Below, in pieces: positions 31,613 to 41,677 of a stretch of DNA of 64,000 bases (its first letter is position 1; every line of letters begins with the position of its first letter). The notes under the pieces are model-generated. The model was not told the DNA's origin, ran no database searches, and saw only the letters and a list, made by a program, of their open reading frames with translations. Source of the DNA: an uncultured delta proteobacterium (GTDB lineage: Bacteria > Desulfobacterota > Binatia > UBA9968); contig CAVUVW010000015.1 in assembly GCA_963745035.1 (NCBI GenBank), positions 256,001 to 320,000 on the forward strand. Reading direction: 5' to 3'. A program made the translations under genes and the position numbers.

Positions 31613-32593
31613 TCATCTGCGAGCAAGATTCTTAATAAACCCTGAGGTCTCCAGTTCTTTCACAAGCGAGTTGTCGATGTACTTTTCCGGCGTGACGTCT
31701 TTCACTTGCTCTTTGGGCAAGAAGTCGAGAATCGCCTGCACGGCGTCCGTCCGCACGTAGGGAACCTCCTCCCAGACATTGGCGAATGATCGGTAGGCAC
31801 CGCGCGCAACGTCCGGCGATATGCGGAGGTGCTTCACCAATGAGGCGATAACTAGGTCCGGTTTTTCGCGCGCGAGCTTCATCGCCTCGACAAACGCCTT
31901 CATGAAGCTCAGCACTAGCGGCCGCTCCTTTTGAAGATAGCCGCGGCCGACGATGATTGCGCCCTGCAGGAAAGGAATTCGTTGGGTTGCCAAGTCGACC
32001 AGTTCACGAAACGCCGGCCTGGGAGCCGATGCGACACCGGCGTCGACTAGACCTCGATCCAAGGAGACGAAGATTTCCGGCAGCGCGCCGTGATGGACGA
32101 ATTTCGTGTCCTTTTCAGCGACGCCTGCCTTTCTCAACGCCGCTCTGGTGGTGGTGTGAGTCGCCGAGCCCGGAGCGCTGACGCCGATGTTTTTTCCCGC
32201 CAGATCGGCCATGCTTCTTATCGGCGAATCCTTCCGCGTCCAGATCGAAAGAACGACGTAGTTGCTCTGCGCGCCGACGAAGACCAGATCGCTGCCGCTG
32301 AGATTGGCGGAGATCACCGAAGGCCCGGCGAAATGTCCAAGCTCGACGGTGCCGCCGGCTAGCGCCTGGATCGGCGATGCGCCCCGGCCATGAACGATCT
32401 GAACGTCGAGGCCGTATTTTTCGTAAAGTCCGTGATCGCCGGCCAGCCAAACCGGTCCGTTCGAGGCCGTCAACGCGCTGTAAATGATTTTGATCGAGGC
32501 TTTCTTGCTCGCAGCGGGCTGAGCCTGCGCATAGCACACCAGCGCCTGCGACAGAAGAAGGTTGATCGCGAGAGCGAGCAGAACAGCTCTCAC
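31613..32593 (-). CDS. NitT/TauT-family substrate-binding protein
   Basis: GTG start overlapping the VOC stop; signal peptide; GLYEKYGLDV, DLAGKNIGV, YIDNSLVKELE.SGF. Confidence 0.88.
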   Translation of the reverse strand: MRAVLLALAINLLLSQALVCYAQAQPAASKKASIKIIYSALTASNGPVWLAGDHGLYEKYGLDVQIVHGRGASPIQALAGGTVELGHFAGPSVISANLSGSDLVFVGAQSNYVVLSIWTRKDSPIRSMADLAGKNIGVSAPGSATHTTTRAALRKAGVAEKDTKFVHHGALPEIFVSLDRGLVDAGVASAPRPAFRELVDLATQRIPFLQGAIIVGRGYLQKERPLVLSFMKAFVEAMKLAREKPDLVIASLVKHLRISPDVARGAYRSFANVWEEVPYVRTDAVQAILDFLPKEQVKDVTPEKYIDNSLVKELETSGFIKNLARR

Positions 32594-33009
32594 GGGTAGG
32601 GCCTGTAGATTTCCGACTCCGGCGGTATCTCCATGAGCTCGATGCTGTTGCCGTCCGGATCGGAGATGAACGCGATGCGTTGCTTGGCGCGGCCGATGAA
32701 TTTTCTCTCCGGCTTGACGTTCATCTTCTCCAGATGTTCGAGGGCTTGTTCCAGATCGTCCAAAACTACGCAGAAGTGTATGTAGCCGATCGGATCCGGC
32801 GGCGACGGCAGCATGTTTTTCCCGCCGGTAAATAGCTCTATGCATTGGCCCGTGGAAAACTCCAAAAACATGAGCTCGGGCCGATCCCCCTGCGCCTCGG
32901 CGTGATATATTTTTTTGGCGCCGAAGGCATCGGCGTACCAGCGCACGCTGCGCTCGGCATCGGCTACTTTGAAAGCCACGTGTCCAAAACGAAGCCCTGC
33001 AATCGACAT
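32590..33009 (-). CDS. VOC (glyoxalase/bleomycin resistance) family protein
   Basis: GHVAFKV.D..RS..WY, IELF, HFC..DD, FISDPDGNSIELME. Confidence 0.92.
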   Translation of the reverse strand: MSIAGLRFGHVAFKVADAERSVRWYADAFGAKKIYHAEAQGDRPELMFLEFSTGQCIELFTGGKNMLPSPPDPIGYIHFCVVLDDLEQALEHLEKMNVKPERKFIGRAKQRIAFISDPDGNSIELMEIPPESEIYRPYP

Positions 33010-33027
33010 AGCTCTTTCTCCCTATCG

Positions 33028-34065
33028 CTAGTTTTGATCCTTCAACGAATAAAACTCGACGCAATTATCCCGCAGGATACGCCTTTTGACTGGCTCCGAG
33101 AGGTCTTCTCGCGCCTGGAAGCGCGGGATGTCTTTCAAAAATTCCTCGAGGGTCGGCCGCTCGTGCGGATAGTCCGATGGATAGAGAAGCTTCTTTTCCA
33201 AACCCAAGCCGACGACGTAGGGAATCAGCCTCTCCTCGAGCTCGCATGAAAAATAGATCGGACAGTTGAGAACATAGTAACTCGGCTCTTTGCTGAGCAG
33301 CGGCGCCTGCTGCGAAAGTTTCTCGAATTTTTCGTCGAGCCGTTCCATGAGATAGGGCACCCAGCCGACACCCGCCTCGAGAAATGCCATCTTCAAAGTC
33401 GGAAAGCGTACCGGCGCGCCGTCGAGAATATAGCTGGTGAAATGAATCTGCTGCGCGACCGCATGTTCCATCACCAAAATCTTGATGAATGAATCATAGA
33501 GGTCGAGCCCCAGTCCCTGACTCGAGCCGCCGTGAACCGCCAGCGGCACGTTGAGCCGTACCGCGGCTTGATACAAAGGGTCGTACATGGGATGGCCAAG
33601 TCCGCGCGACAAGCCCGCTGCGGGAATCACGCCGCCGACCATGCCTAACTCGCTGACACAGCGCTCGAGCTCTTCCGCCGCCGCCGCGATATCCTGAATC
33701 GGCAGCAACGCTACTCCCCACAGTCGTTTCGGCTCCTGCTTCAGATACTCGCCATAAAGATAGTCGTTGTAACAGCGCGCCATCACCGACGCCCATTTCG
33801 TGTCCTTGATGTGCGCCATAGCCAAGCCCATGGTCGGATAGAGCACCGAGCCGGCCACACCGGAACCATCCAAGAACGTGCGCCACTTTTGCAGACAAGG
33901 CGTAGAGTCCGGCGCTTTTCTCGTACTGCGCGGCCAGCCATCGAGCGACGGAAACAACGCGGTCAGCGCGCGCCGCCCTTCGAACGGCGGCGGCAAGTAG
34001 CGGCGCAATTCTTCGTCGGTTTCCATGACATGCCCGTCGGCATCGATGGGAGCGTAGTCGGCCAT
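33028..34065 (-). CDS. Amidohydrolase-2 family protein
   Basis: IDADGHVME, VLYPT, CYNDYL, LAVHGG, FLEAGVGW, SDYPHE. Confidence 0.92.
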   Translation of the reverse strand: MADYAPIDADGHVMETDEELRRYLPPPFEGRRALTALFPSLDGWPRSTRKAPDSTPCLQKWRTFLDGSGVAGSVLYPTMGLAMAHIKDTKWASVMARCYNDYLYGEYLKQEPKRLWGVALLPIQDIAAAAEELERCVSELGMVGGVIPAAGLSRGLGHPMYDPLYQAAVRLNVPLAVHGGSSQGLGLDLYDSFIKILVMEHAVAQQIHFTSYILDGAPVRFPTLKMAFLEAGVGWVPYLMERLDEKFEKLSQQAPLLSKEPSYYVLNCPIYFSCELEERLIPYVVGLGLEKKLLYPSDYPHERPTLEEFLKDIPRFQAREDLSEPVKRRILRDNCVEFYSLKDQN

Positions 34066-34079
34066 TTTTTCAACTCCTG

Positions 34080-35087
34080 TCACTTGCCCCAGAGGGATTT
34101 GTAAAAACCCTCGCTGATCAGCTCTTGCACGAGGCTGTTGTCATAGAACTGCTCGGCGGCGAGGTCTTTGGCTTTCGGATTCTTGACCGCTTCCTGTTCG
34201 AGCACAACCTGCACGCCCTCGCGTCTGACCAACGGGATCTTCTCGGTGAAATCCTGGGCGTATTTCAAGCTGCCTTCGAGCATGCCCGGGTCCTCGACTT
34301 TGGTATACTTAGCGAGAATCGTCTTCGCCGCATCACGCTGTTGAAACATCGCGTGGGTGGCTCGACCGAAGGCACGCAAGAATGCTTTGGCATCGCGGCG
34401 ATTCTCCTTCAGATAACGGCGCGACGTCGTCAGTCCGGCGATGACAAAATAGATTCCTTCATTCGCGAGATTGGCCAAAACCCGATTGCCGCGTTGTTCG
34501 GCAACGTAGGACATGGGCGAGGAGAGCGGCGCGGCGCTGATCGCGCCGCTGCTGAGAGCCGCCGCCAGTTCCGGCATGCCGCCGGATTGAATCACCGTAA
34601 CATCGCGGCCCGGTTGGAGCTTGTTTTTCTGGAGATACTCGCGGACAGCGAAGTCGGAAGACGAGCCGAGGCGGGTCACGCCGACGCGTTTCCCTTTGAG
34701 ATCTTGGACACCCGCGATCTCCGGCCGCGCAATGATGTAAAAAGCCGTCGTGTTGATCACGGCGCCCATCAAGACCAAGTCGCCGCCTTGCAGGCCGCTG
34801 CTCACGACACTCGAGCTGTTGGCGGTCGAGATCACGACCTCGCGCGCGAACATCGACTGCGCCATCGTCGTGGAGCTCGGAATGTAAACGAGTTGGACGT
34901 CCAATCCTTCCTTCTTGTAGAAGCCCATCTCCTTGCCGATCCAAAACGGCAGAAACACCGACGTGACAGAGGAATAACCAACAACGGTCGTCTGCGCGGC
35001 AACGAAGTTACACGGCAACGAGCACAGCGTTACAATGAGCAGCGCGATTCTTAGGAAATGCGCCCGTCCTTTTTGTGCGCTCATCAT
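34080..35087 (-). CDS. NitT/TauT-family substrate-binding protein
   Basis: Signal peptide, GFYKKEGLDV, DLKGKRVGVTRLGSSSD, FYDNSLV. Confidence 0.9.
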   Translation of the reverse strand: MMSAQKGRAHFLRIALLIVTLCSLPCNFVAAQTTVVGYSSVTSVFLPFWIGKEMGFYKKEGLDVQLVYIPSSTTMAQSMFAREVVISTANSSSVVSSGLQGGDLVLMGAVINTTAFYIIARPEIAGVQDLKGKRVGVTRLGSSSDFAVREYLQKNKLQPGRDVTVIQSGGMPELAAALSSGAISAAPLSSPMSYVAEQRGNRVLANLANEGIYFVIAGLTTSRRYLKENRRDAKAFLRAFGRATHAMFQQRDAAKTILAKYTKVEDPGMLEGSLKYAQDFTEKIPLVRREGVQVVLEQEAVKNPKAKDLAAEQFYDNSLVQELISEGFYKSLWGK

Positions 35088-35281
35088 CGCTTTTCCTTAC
35101 TCTGGAGCAAAGAGATTGTCCAGGTATCCCGCGCCGCTGATCGCTTGGCTTCGGGACTTCGCCCGAATCAACGAACAAATCTTCTTTGACAGCTAATTCG
35201 TTCTGGACTATCTACGGAACAACATCGACCGTGGTGTACGAGATCGATCTAGTCATACACTGCCCGAAGGAGGATACTGAA

Positions 35282-36686
35282 ATGAATCATCTCGCAAACT
35301 TCCACCGTTCTTTAATCGGTGCATTCTTATTGCTTCTCCTTTGCACGGTGCCCGAAGTCTCCGGCCAATCGTCGATTCTCGGTGGCGCCCAAGGACGGCA
35401 ACCAAGTTATGGCGAACTGGAGAATTTTACGATTCTCTCCTACACCGATCTCGATGGCTGGGACCAAGCGGCCGAGTTTCGCATCAGCAAAGACGGCAAG
35501 CACGCCTATATTTCGAATTATCAAGGCTTCAGCATCGTCGACGTCAGCGATCCAGCTAAACCGCGCGATTATCTCCAAGGTCAAGAACCATCCCAGCGTG
35601 CAGAGCCAGTATATCGATGTGCTGGGAAATCTCTTAGTCATCAATCAGGACGGAGTGCGTGACCAAAAGACCTGGGAAGGCGGCATCCGCCTCTATGATA
35701 TCAGCGATCCGGCCAAGCCGCGTGAGACTGCATTTTTCAAAACCGACGTGTCGCCGCGCCGAGGCGTCCATGGATTTTGGCTGCACGAAGATCCCAAAGC
35801 AAGGAAAGTTCGCTTTCATTGCCACCACCAAGGAAGGCTACTACGATAATATTTTGATGATCATCGACATCAACGATCCCGCCAATCCGAAAGAAGTCGC
35901 GCGCTGGTGGTTTCCCGGGCAATGGACCGCCGGAGGCGAAAAACCGGGAGAAGATTGGGTCGAGCCGGACGGCGGCCTGCGTCAAGGGCTGCCGAAAATC
36001 TGGGTCGCGCTGCACGACATCACGACTTACAAAGACCGCGCCTACCTCGCCTATCGCGACCAAGGCGTGATCATTCTGGATATCAGCGACGTGCGCAAGC
36101 CGACCATGATCAGCCAGATCAAATGGTCGCCGCCCGAAGAGGGAAACACGCACAGCATCGGCATCGTAGTTCCGTCGCACGGCGGCAGGCCCGATATCAT
36201 TGTCGCCGGGGACGAGATTAGTCCGTCCCGAAAATTGTCCCTTCGGGTACATGCACATGATCGACGTCCGCAACGAGAAAAATCCGGTGCAGATTTCGAC
36301 ATTCAGGCTGCCCTTGAACAAGTTCTGTCCTCCTGATCGTCCCGGCCGCCGCTTTGGCATCCACGATGTCGACCGGATGATCAAAGGGGAATATCGTTTT
36401 CAGCGCCTGGGAGAATTCCGGCTTTTGGGCCGTCGACATTTCCGATCCTCACGCGCCTAAGGCCGTCGGCCATTTCGTGCCGCCGGTGTTTCGCCGAGTG
36501 AATTCGGACGCCGGCCACGCCGACGATGTTTTCGTGCACGACAACGGCTTGGTTTTCTTCAGCTCGTCCGATCCCGGCGGCGGCTTCTGGATTACGCGCT
36601 ACACGCCCGGCGTAAAAGGGACGGTGTCGTGGACGCCGGATAATAAAAATGTCACCGTGAAGTATGAGAAGCGGCAGGAGAATTGA
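35282..36686 (+). CDS. Secreted LVIVD-repeat beta-propeller protein (about four frameshifts)
   Basis: GGAGG RBS, signal peptide; repeated SIVDVSDPAKP / RLYDISDPAKP / MIIDINDPANP / IILDISDVRKP / MIDVRNEKNP / AVDISDPHAP. Confidence 0.85.
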
Positions 36687-37094
36687 TTCAAGGCGGACTG
36701 CTTCCACTACTGTCGTTCGTCTCTCTTGCTCCCAGTCGCGGCTCTTGCCGGTCATGGAATTGAAGACACCATCGACATGCTTCCCGCGGAAAGGGTGAAG
36801 CAGCTCATGGATGCCGGCGAGAAGCTTGTCTTTATCGACATGCGCCCGGCGAAGGAGTATCAGCAGAATCGATTGCCGGGAGCGCGCTCGCTGCCGATCG
36901 CCGAAGTGGCGAACCGCTTTAGTGAGATCCCGAAAAGCGGCCGCGTGGTTCTCTACTGCGACTGCAAGACCTACGACATCGCCGATCGCGCCGTGTTCCT
37001 GGAGTATCGCGGCTATCGAAATATTTTCGTCATGCCGGAAGGTTATTCGGGCTGGGTGAAGCGCGGCTATCCGATCGAAACCAAATCTCGCTGA
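36683..37094 (+). CDS. Rhodanese-like protein with signal peptide and CxC active loop (5' frameshift likely)
   Basis: FIDMRP..EY...LPGA.SLP, VVLYCDC, GY.GW...GYPIE. Confidence 0.85.
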
Positions 37095-37450
37095 TGATTC
37101 GGTGGAGCGCCGCTCTATTCTTGTCGTTGCTAGCGCCGTCGCCGCTTTCGGCTCACGCCTATCTGGTCAAATCCGTCCCCGCCCAGCGCGCCGTGTTGTT
37201 CCGCGCGCCGGATAAGATCCAACTCTGGTTCAACGAACGCCTAGAGCCGCGCTATTCCTCGATCACGGTGAGCGACGCCGAGGGCAGGCCGGTGGACGCC
37301 GGCAAAGCCGAGGTCAACGCGCAAGATCCTAAGCAGCTCTCCGCGTCGATCAAATCCCTGCCTGCCGGCCGCTATTTCGTCAAATATCGCGTGCTCTCGG
37401 TCGACGGTCACATCGTTCAAGATCAATTTCCCTTCACCGTCAAACAATGA
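37094..37450 (+). CDS. copC: CopC copper-binding periplasmic protein
   Basis: Signal peptide then H1 (SA-HAYLVKSVP), FNE, GRY.V.YRVLSVDGH. Confidence 0.93.
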   Translation: MIRWSAALFLSLLAPSPLSAHAYLVKSVPAQRAVLFRAPDKIQLWFNERLEPRYSSITVSDAEGRPVDAGKAEVNAQDPKQLSASIKSLPAGRYFVKYRVLSVDGHIVQDQFPFTVKQ

Positions 37451-39460
37451 CCGACCTTGCGGCAGTCGTTCGATTTGTTCATGTGACGGCTGCCGTGCTT
37501 TTAGCCGGTGCTTTCAGCTTCACCTTGCTCATCGCGCGGCCGGCCTTTCGGCGTGCTGGCCGATGAATCGCGCGCTGAATTCGCGGCGTTCTTGCATATT
37601 CAGTTGCGCATCGCCCGCTGGTGCTGGCTCGCGCTCGTCGCATCCGCTTTGCTTGGGCTCTGGCTGCAAACCGCCGCAGTCAGCGAGTCCGCCGATTTTC
37701 GCGGAATTCTTACTCTCCTCCGGGAAACGCAGTACGGCAACGTCTGGTCGGCGCGGCTGATCCTAGCGCTCATCTTGCCACTTATATTTCGGTTCGAGTC
37801 GAAGCGCCGCGGAAACGATGCCGGCATTCTTACCGTGGTCGGATTTATTCTAAGCGCTGCTTTGCTCGCATCGCTGGCGCTCGCAGGCCACGCCGCCGCT
37901 GCCGAAGGTAGAGCGCTGATCGCCCAGGTCTCAGTCGATGCTCTGCACCTTCTGGCCGCGGGAATCTGGCTCGGCGGTCTTCTGCCGCTTGCCCTCATGC
38001 TGCGCGAATGCAACCGCAAAAGCGCTGCTGTGACACTTGCCGTCGCCGGGGCAGCGACACAGCGTTTTTCTACTCTCGCGATGGTATGCGTCGGCACCGT
38101 AATGGTGACCGGCGCCTACAACGCGTGGACGTTGGTTGGTGGCTTTCCGCCTTTGTTTGGCACCGCTTATGGCCGGTTGCTGCTGCTGAAACTTGCTTTG
38201 CTCTTGCCACTGCTCGCTGTCGCGGCCGTGAATCGCTTGCGGTTTAAGCCGAAAGTCGTCGAAGCAAGTTCCTATCAAAGCAACTCAACGCTCGTGAGAA
38301 AACTCATCCACAACGTCTTTCTGGAAACAAGTCTCGGCGTCGGCATTTTGCTTATCGTCGGCTATATGGGTGTCACGCCGCCGGCGCGTCACGTCCAAGT
38401 GGACTGGCCGTTTTCAACGCGCTGGGATTGGAGCGTGCTGGACAAAGCGCCCAAGGCCCAAGCAGAAGTCGAGCGCGGTATTGTTTGGGCGGCGATCGGC
38501 GGCGTCGCCCTGATAACCACTCTGGTGCGGCGCCGTCGTCGGATCGTGACGGCTGTCATTGGACTCGGCGCGTTAGCGTACGCCGGCCGCGTGGCGGTCG
38601 ATGCGGTTTCCACCGACGCTTATCCGACCACCTACAAGCGTCCGGCCGTGGCCTATCAAGCGATCTCCGTCGCCAACGGCAAGCAGCTTTACGAGGATAC
38701 CAGCTGCGTCTCCTGCCACGGACCGGCCGGCTATGGCGACGGACCACTGGCGGAGGAGTTGCGCCCCAAACCCGCCGATCTCACCGCGCCTCACGCCAAC
38801 ACGCACACCGCCGGCGATCTTTTTTGGTGGGTCAGCCATGGCGTCAAAAATACCTCGATGCCGGGCTTCGAGCAGAGCCTCGGCGAAGAGGAGCGCTGGG
38901 ATCTGATCAATTTCATGCGCGCGCTATCGACCGGCGACCGCGCGCGCTCCCTCGCGCCGGTCATCGAGAACGAGCCCTGGCTCATCGCGCCGGATTTCAC
39001 TTACGTGACGAATGCCGGTGAAGCCAAGACGCTCCGAGATCACCGGGGCGCCAGAATCGTCCTGCTGATCTTGCTCGATGTGAAAGCAACGGAGCAGCGT
39101 CTGAAGGAGCTCGTTGGCGCCTTACCCGCCCTCCGATCGGGAAATGTCGAGGTGATCGTAATTCCCAATCTCATCGACCTGCAAAACGTAGCCGATCGCC
39201 TGCCGGGACTCATCGTCAGCGAAGGCATCCGGGAAATCTCCGAAACCTACAAGCTGTTCGCTCGCTCCTTCTCCGATGAAGGCCTGGTCAGCGGCACGCG
39301 CCATGTGGAATTTCTGATCGACAAACAAGGCTACATCCGCGCCCGCTGGCTGCCGGCGGAGAACGAAGGCTGGAAGAGGATTGAGATCTTACTCAAGCAA
39401 ATCGATCTGCTGCGCAAGGAAAGACCTCGCGCTCCCGCGCCCGATGAGCATGTGCATTAG
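37447..39460 (+). CDS. copD: CopD fused to cytochrome c and C-terminal redoxin-like domain (frameshift near 37545)
   Basis: LAGHA, HLLAAGIWLGGL, TAYG.LLLLK CopD motifs; CVSCHG heme motif with distal MP; FLIDKQGYIRAR redoxin-like end. Confidence 0.87.
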
Positions 39461-39521
39461 CCTTCGATCGATCTTGATGAGCGAACCCGCGGAGGTAAGA
39501 AGAACGTTTGACAGGCAGCCG

Positions 39522-41498
39522 TCAATCGAGCAGCTTTCTCGTATCCAGGTGAATAAACCGCGCGCCGCGGTCTTTGGCGCGCTCGACCATGTCCTCGGTG
39601 CCGCCCGGCCCGTCACCGGTGGCGCCGTTCCACAATGCGATCAGGGTAAGATGATCCTGCGACAGGGCTAGCGCGTTGTGAAGCATCCACAAATTGGACC
39701 GCTGCCAAATGTTGTAATTCTTTTTCGCTCGCAACCAGCGCGGCAATCGATCCGAATCGGCGAGGATTCTTGGCGTGAGCTTTTCATAGAGCCGGTTGAA
39801 TCGCTCGACCCACTCCGGCCCGCTGTCCGCCACCGAGGCCTTGATGTAGTCTTTTTTCGGCAACACCAGATACATCTCGCTCGGAATCTTCAACTCCTCG
39901 CACACTTCGTGAAAAAGAATATCGCCGCCGGACGCGCCGCCGGTCAGGCCCACCAGCTTGCCATCGGTCTTTTCCTTCTCCCTGCTCACAGCGTCCAAAA
40001 TCATTGCCCTGGCCTGTTTTTCCTTGGCGGCGGGAAAGCGCGGCGTGGAACGGTTCGGTCCGTCGATACGATGTCCCGTAAACAGGATTACCCGCGGCGG
40101 AGGCTCTTTCGAGTAGCCGACGACCGGCGCAATCTGGTCCAGCCCTGCCTGGATATTGTCTTTCAAAACACCGAGACGCTGATAGAGCAGTAGCTGCCGT
40201 CGCACCGCGTCGCGCGCCTGCTCGGAGACGTCCGCCAGCGCCTTTCTATACGCTTGCCCCACGCGATTGGGGCGGCTCGACGTCAAGCAGAGCAGGTCGG
40301 CCGCGCTAATATCCGCCCATGCATCGGTCTTGCCTGTTCGCTGTAGCGCAAACTGCTTAGACTCGACGGCCAATCTGACGCCGGAAGCAAGATCGCCGCG
40401 TAGCTCTTTCAACGCGCGCAGTCTCTGCGCCGCTTCGTCCTTGGAGTCGAAATTGTCTTCCCAGGTCGCCGGCTGGGCTTGAGCCAGCTCCGTCAACATG
40501 GTCACCATCGCCAGGGCGTTTAAACCGGAATAAAAATGATTCCGGTCTTCGATGAAGCCTCGACGGTAAAGTTCCAAAGATTGCTCGACGAAGGGCGATG
40601 TGAGCGCGGCTTTCTGTGCCTCTTCGACCGGCGCGATCGCGGCCCAACTCCGCTCCCAGTGGTTCTTTGCGTTGCGTCCCATCAGAGCGCGGATCTCCGC
40701 CCGTTCGGCGGCTGAGCTTCCCCTGCTCTGCAGCGCGCGCTCCACCGCCTGGTCCGAGCTCACCGAGTCGCCGAGCCTTTGAAAGATCGTGGCGAGCAGC
40801 GTGTTCGCCTCGACGTCCATGTCGTCGTAATCGCGCACGGCTTGCCACGTGACCTTCGCGCCTGCCCAATCTTTCAAGGCAAATTGCCCATGGCCGACCA
40901 GACGCAGGCCGGTGGCGCGCCAATCAAAGTCGTCGATCTCCGCGGCCAAGAGCTGCAGGTCGCCGCCATGGTTCGCCGCCTCGGCCCGCTCGATTTCCTC
41001 GCGAAAATCCGCCGGCACGGCGATCACGGTATCCGGGTCCGCCGGTTGCAGGTTAGGCAGCAATTGATACACCGGGCTGTCGGCGTTTTGGGAATCCAAC
41101 GTCAGTTTGAGCGCCGCCGCCAGAAGGTCCAGAGCCCCGCGCGGGTCGTTGGCATCATAGGCCAGATACCTGTCCGTCTTGAGGTCGAAAGGTACGTCGC
41201 TTTCGTTCGCCGCGCTCGACTTGATCAGAAACGTCCGTTTGTCGCGCAGCGCATGGCGAATGCCCAGCTCATAGAAAACATTGGCGTTGTGAATCGAGAT
41301 ATCGGCAATCACCAGATCGGCGATGAGCAGCTGCTCGAACATGTCGGTGCGGATGTTTCCTTGCTGAAGAAATTCGCCCGTGGTTCCTCCGGTGAGCCCG
41401 GCCTGTTCCATCGCCGGGCGAATCAACTCTCCTTCCACTTTGTCAAAATCGATACCGCCTTTGGCGCCGAAGGGCCGCACGATAAATACGTTCAGCAT
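39522..41498 (-). CDS. Three-domain protein: deoxyribohydrolase-like (ASK/DUF4071-type) + TPR + SLOG-like domain
   Basis: VFIVRPFG..ADLVIADISIHNANVFYELGIRHA..PFD; helical repeats with YSGLNAL; ILFTGHRID..GASGGDILFHE..RSNLW..LIALWNG..GDGPGGT. Confidence 0.8.
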   Translation of the reverse strand: MLNVFIVRPFGAKGGIDFDKVEGELIRPAMEQAGLTGGTTGEFLQQGNIRTDMFEQLLIADLVIADISIHNANVFYELGIRHALRDKRTFLIKSSAANESDVPFDLKTDRYLAYDANDPRGALDLLAAALKLTLDSQNADSPVYQLLPNLQPADPDTVIAVPADFREEIERAEAANHGGDLQLLAAEIDDFDWRATGLRLVGHGQFALKDWAGAKVTWQAVRDYDDMDVEANTLLATIFQRLGDSVSSDQAVERALQSRGSSAAERAEIRALMGRNAKNHWERSWAAIAPVEEAQKAALTSPFVEQSLELYRRGFIEDRNHFYSGLNALAMVTMLTELAQAQPATWEDNFDSKDEAAQRLRALKELRGDLASGVRLAVESKQFALQRTGKTDAWADISAADLLCLTSSRPNRVGQAYRKALADVSEQARDAVRRQLLLYQRLGVLKDNIQAGLDQIAPVVGYSKEPPPRVILFTGHRIDGPNRSTPRFPAAKEKQARAMILDAVSREKEKTDGKLVGLTGGASGGDILFHEVCEELKIPSEMYLVLPKKDYIKASVADSGPEWVERFNRLYEKLTPRILADSDRLPRWLRAKKNYNIWQRSNLWMLHNALALSQDHLTLIALWNGATGDGPGGTEDMVERAKDRGARFIHLDTRKLLD

Positions 41499-41677
41499 GG
41501 ATTTCCCGTCTTGACCGGAACACTTTTCCGCAAGGCTCAAGTCTAGCGTTCTCGGGCGGTGCCCGACAAGCGCAATCTTTGCGATCGCCTTGACGTTGCG
41601 CATCTCGGGCGGCTATAAGCGGCGAGCACAACAAGTAAACCCTGGGTATGAAAGATTCCGGCCACAGGAGGTCGCTT

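Noticed and set aside
32594-33064. 483-aa ORF extension overlapping the VOC gene
   Set aside because: Shadow frame; the binding protein begins at GTG 32593 with a signal peptide
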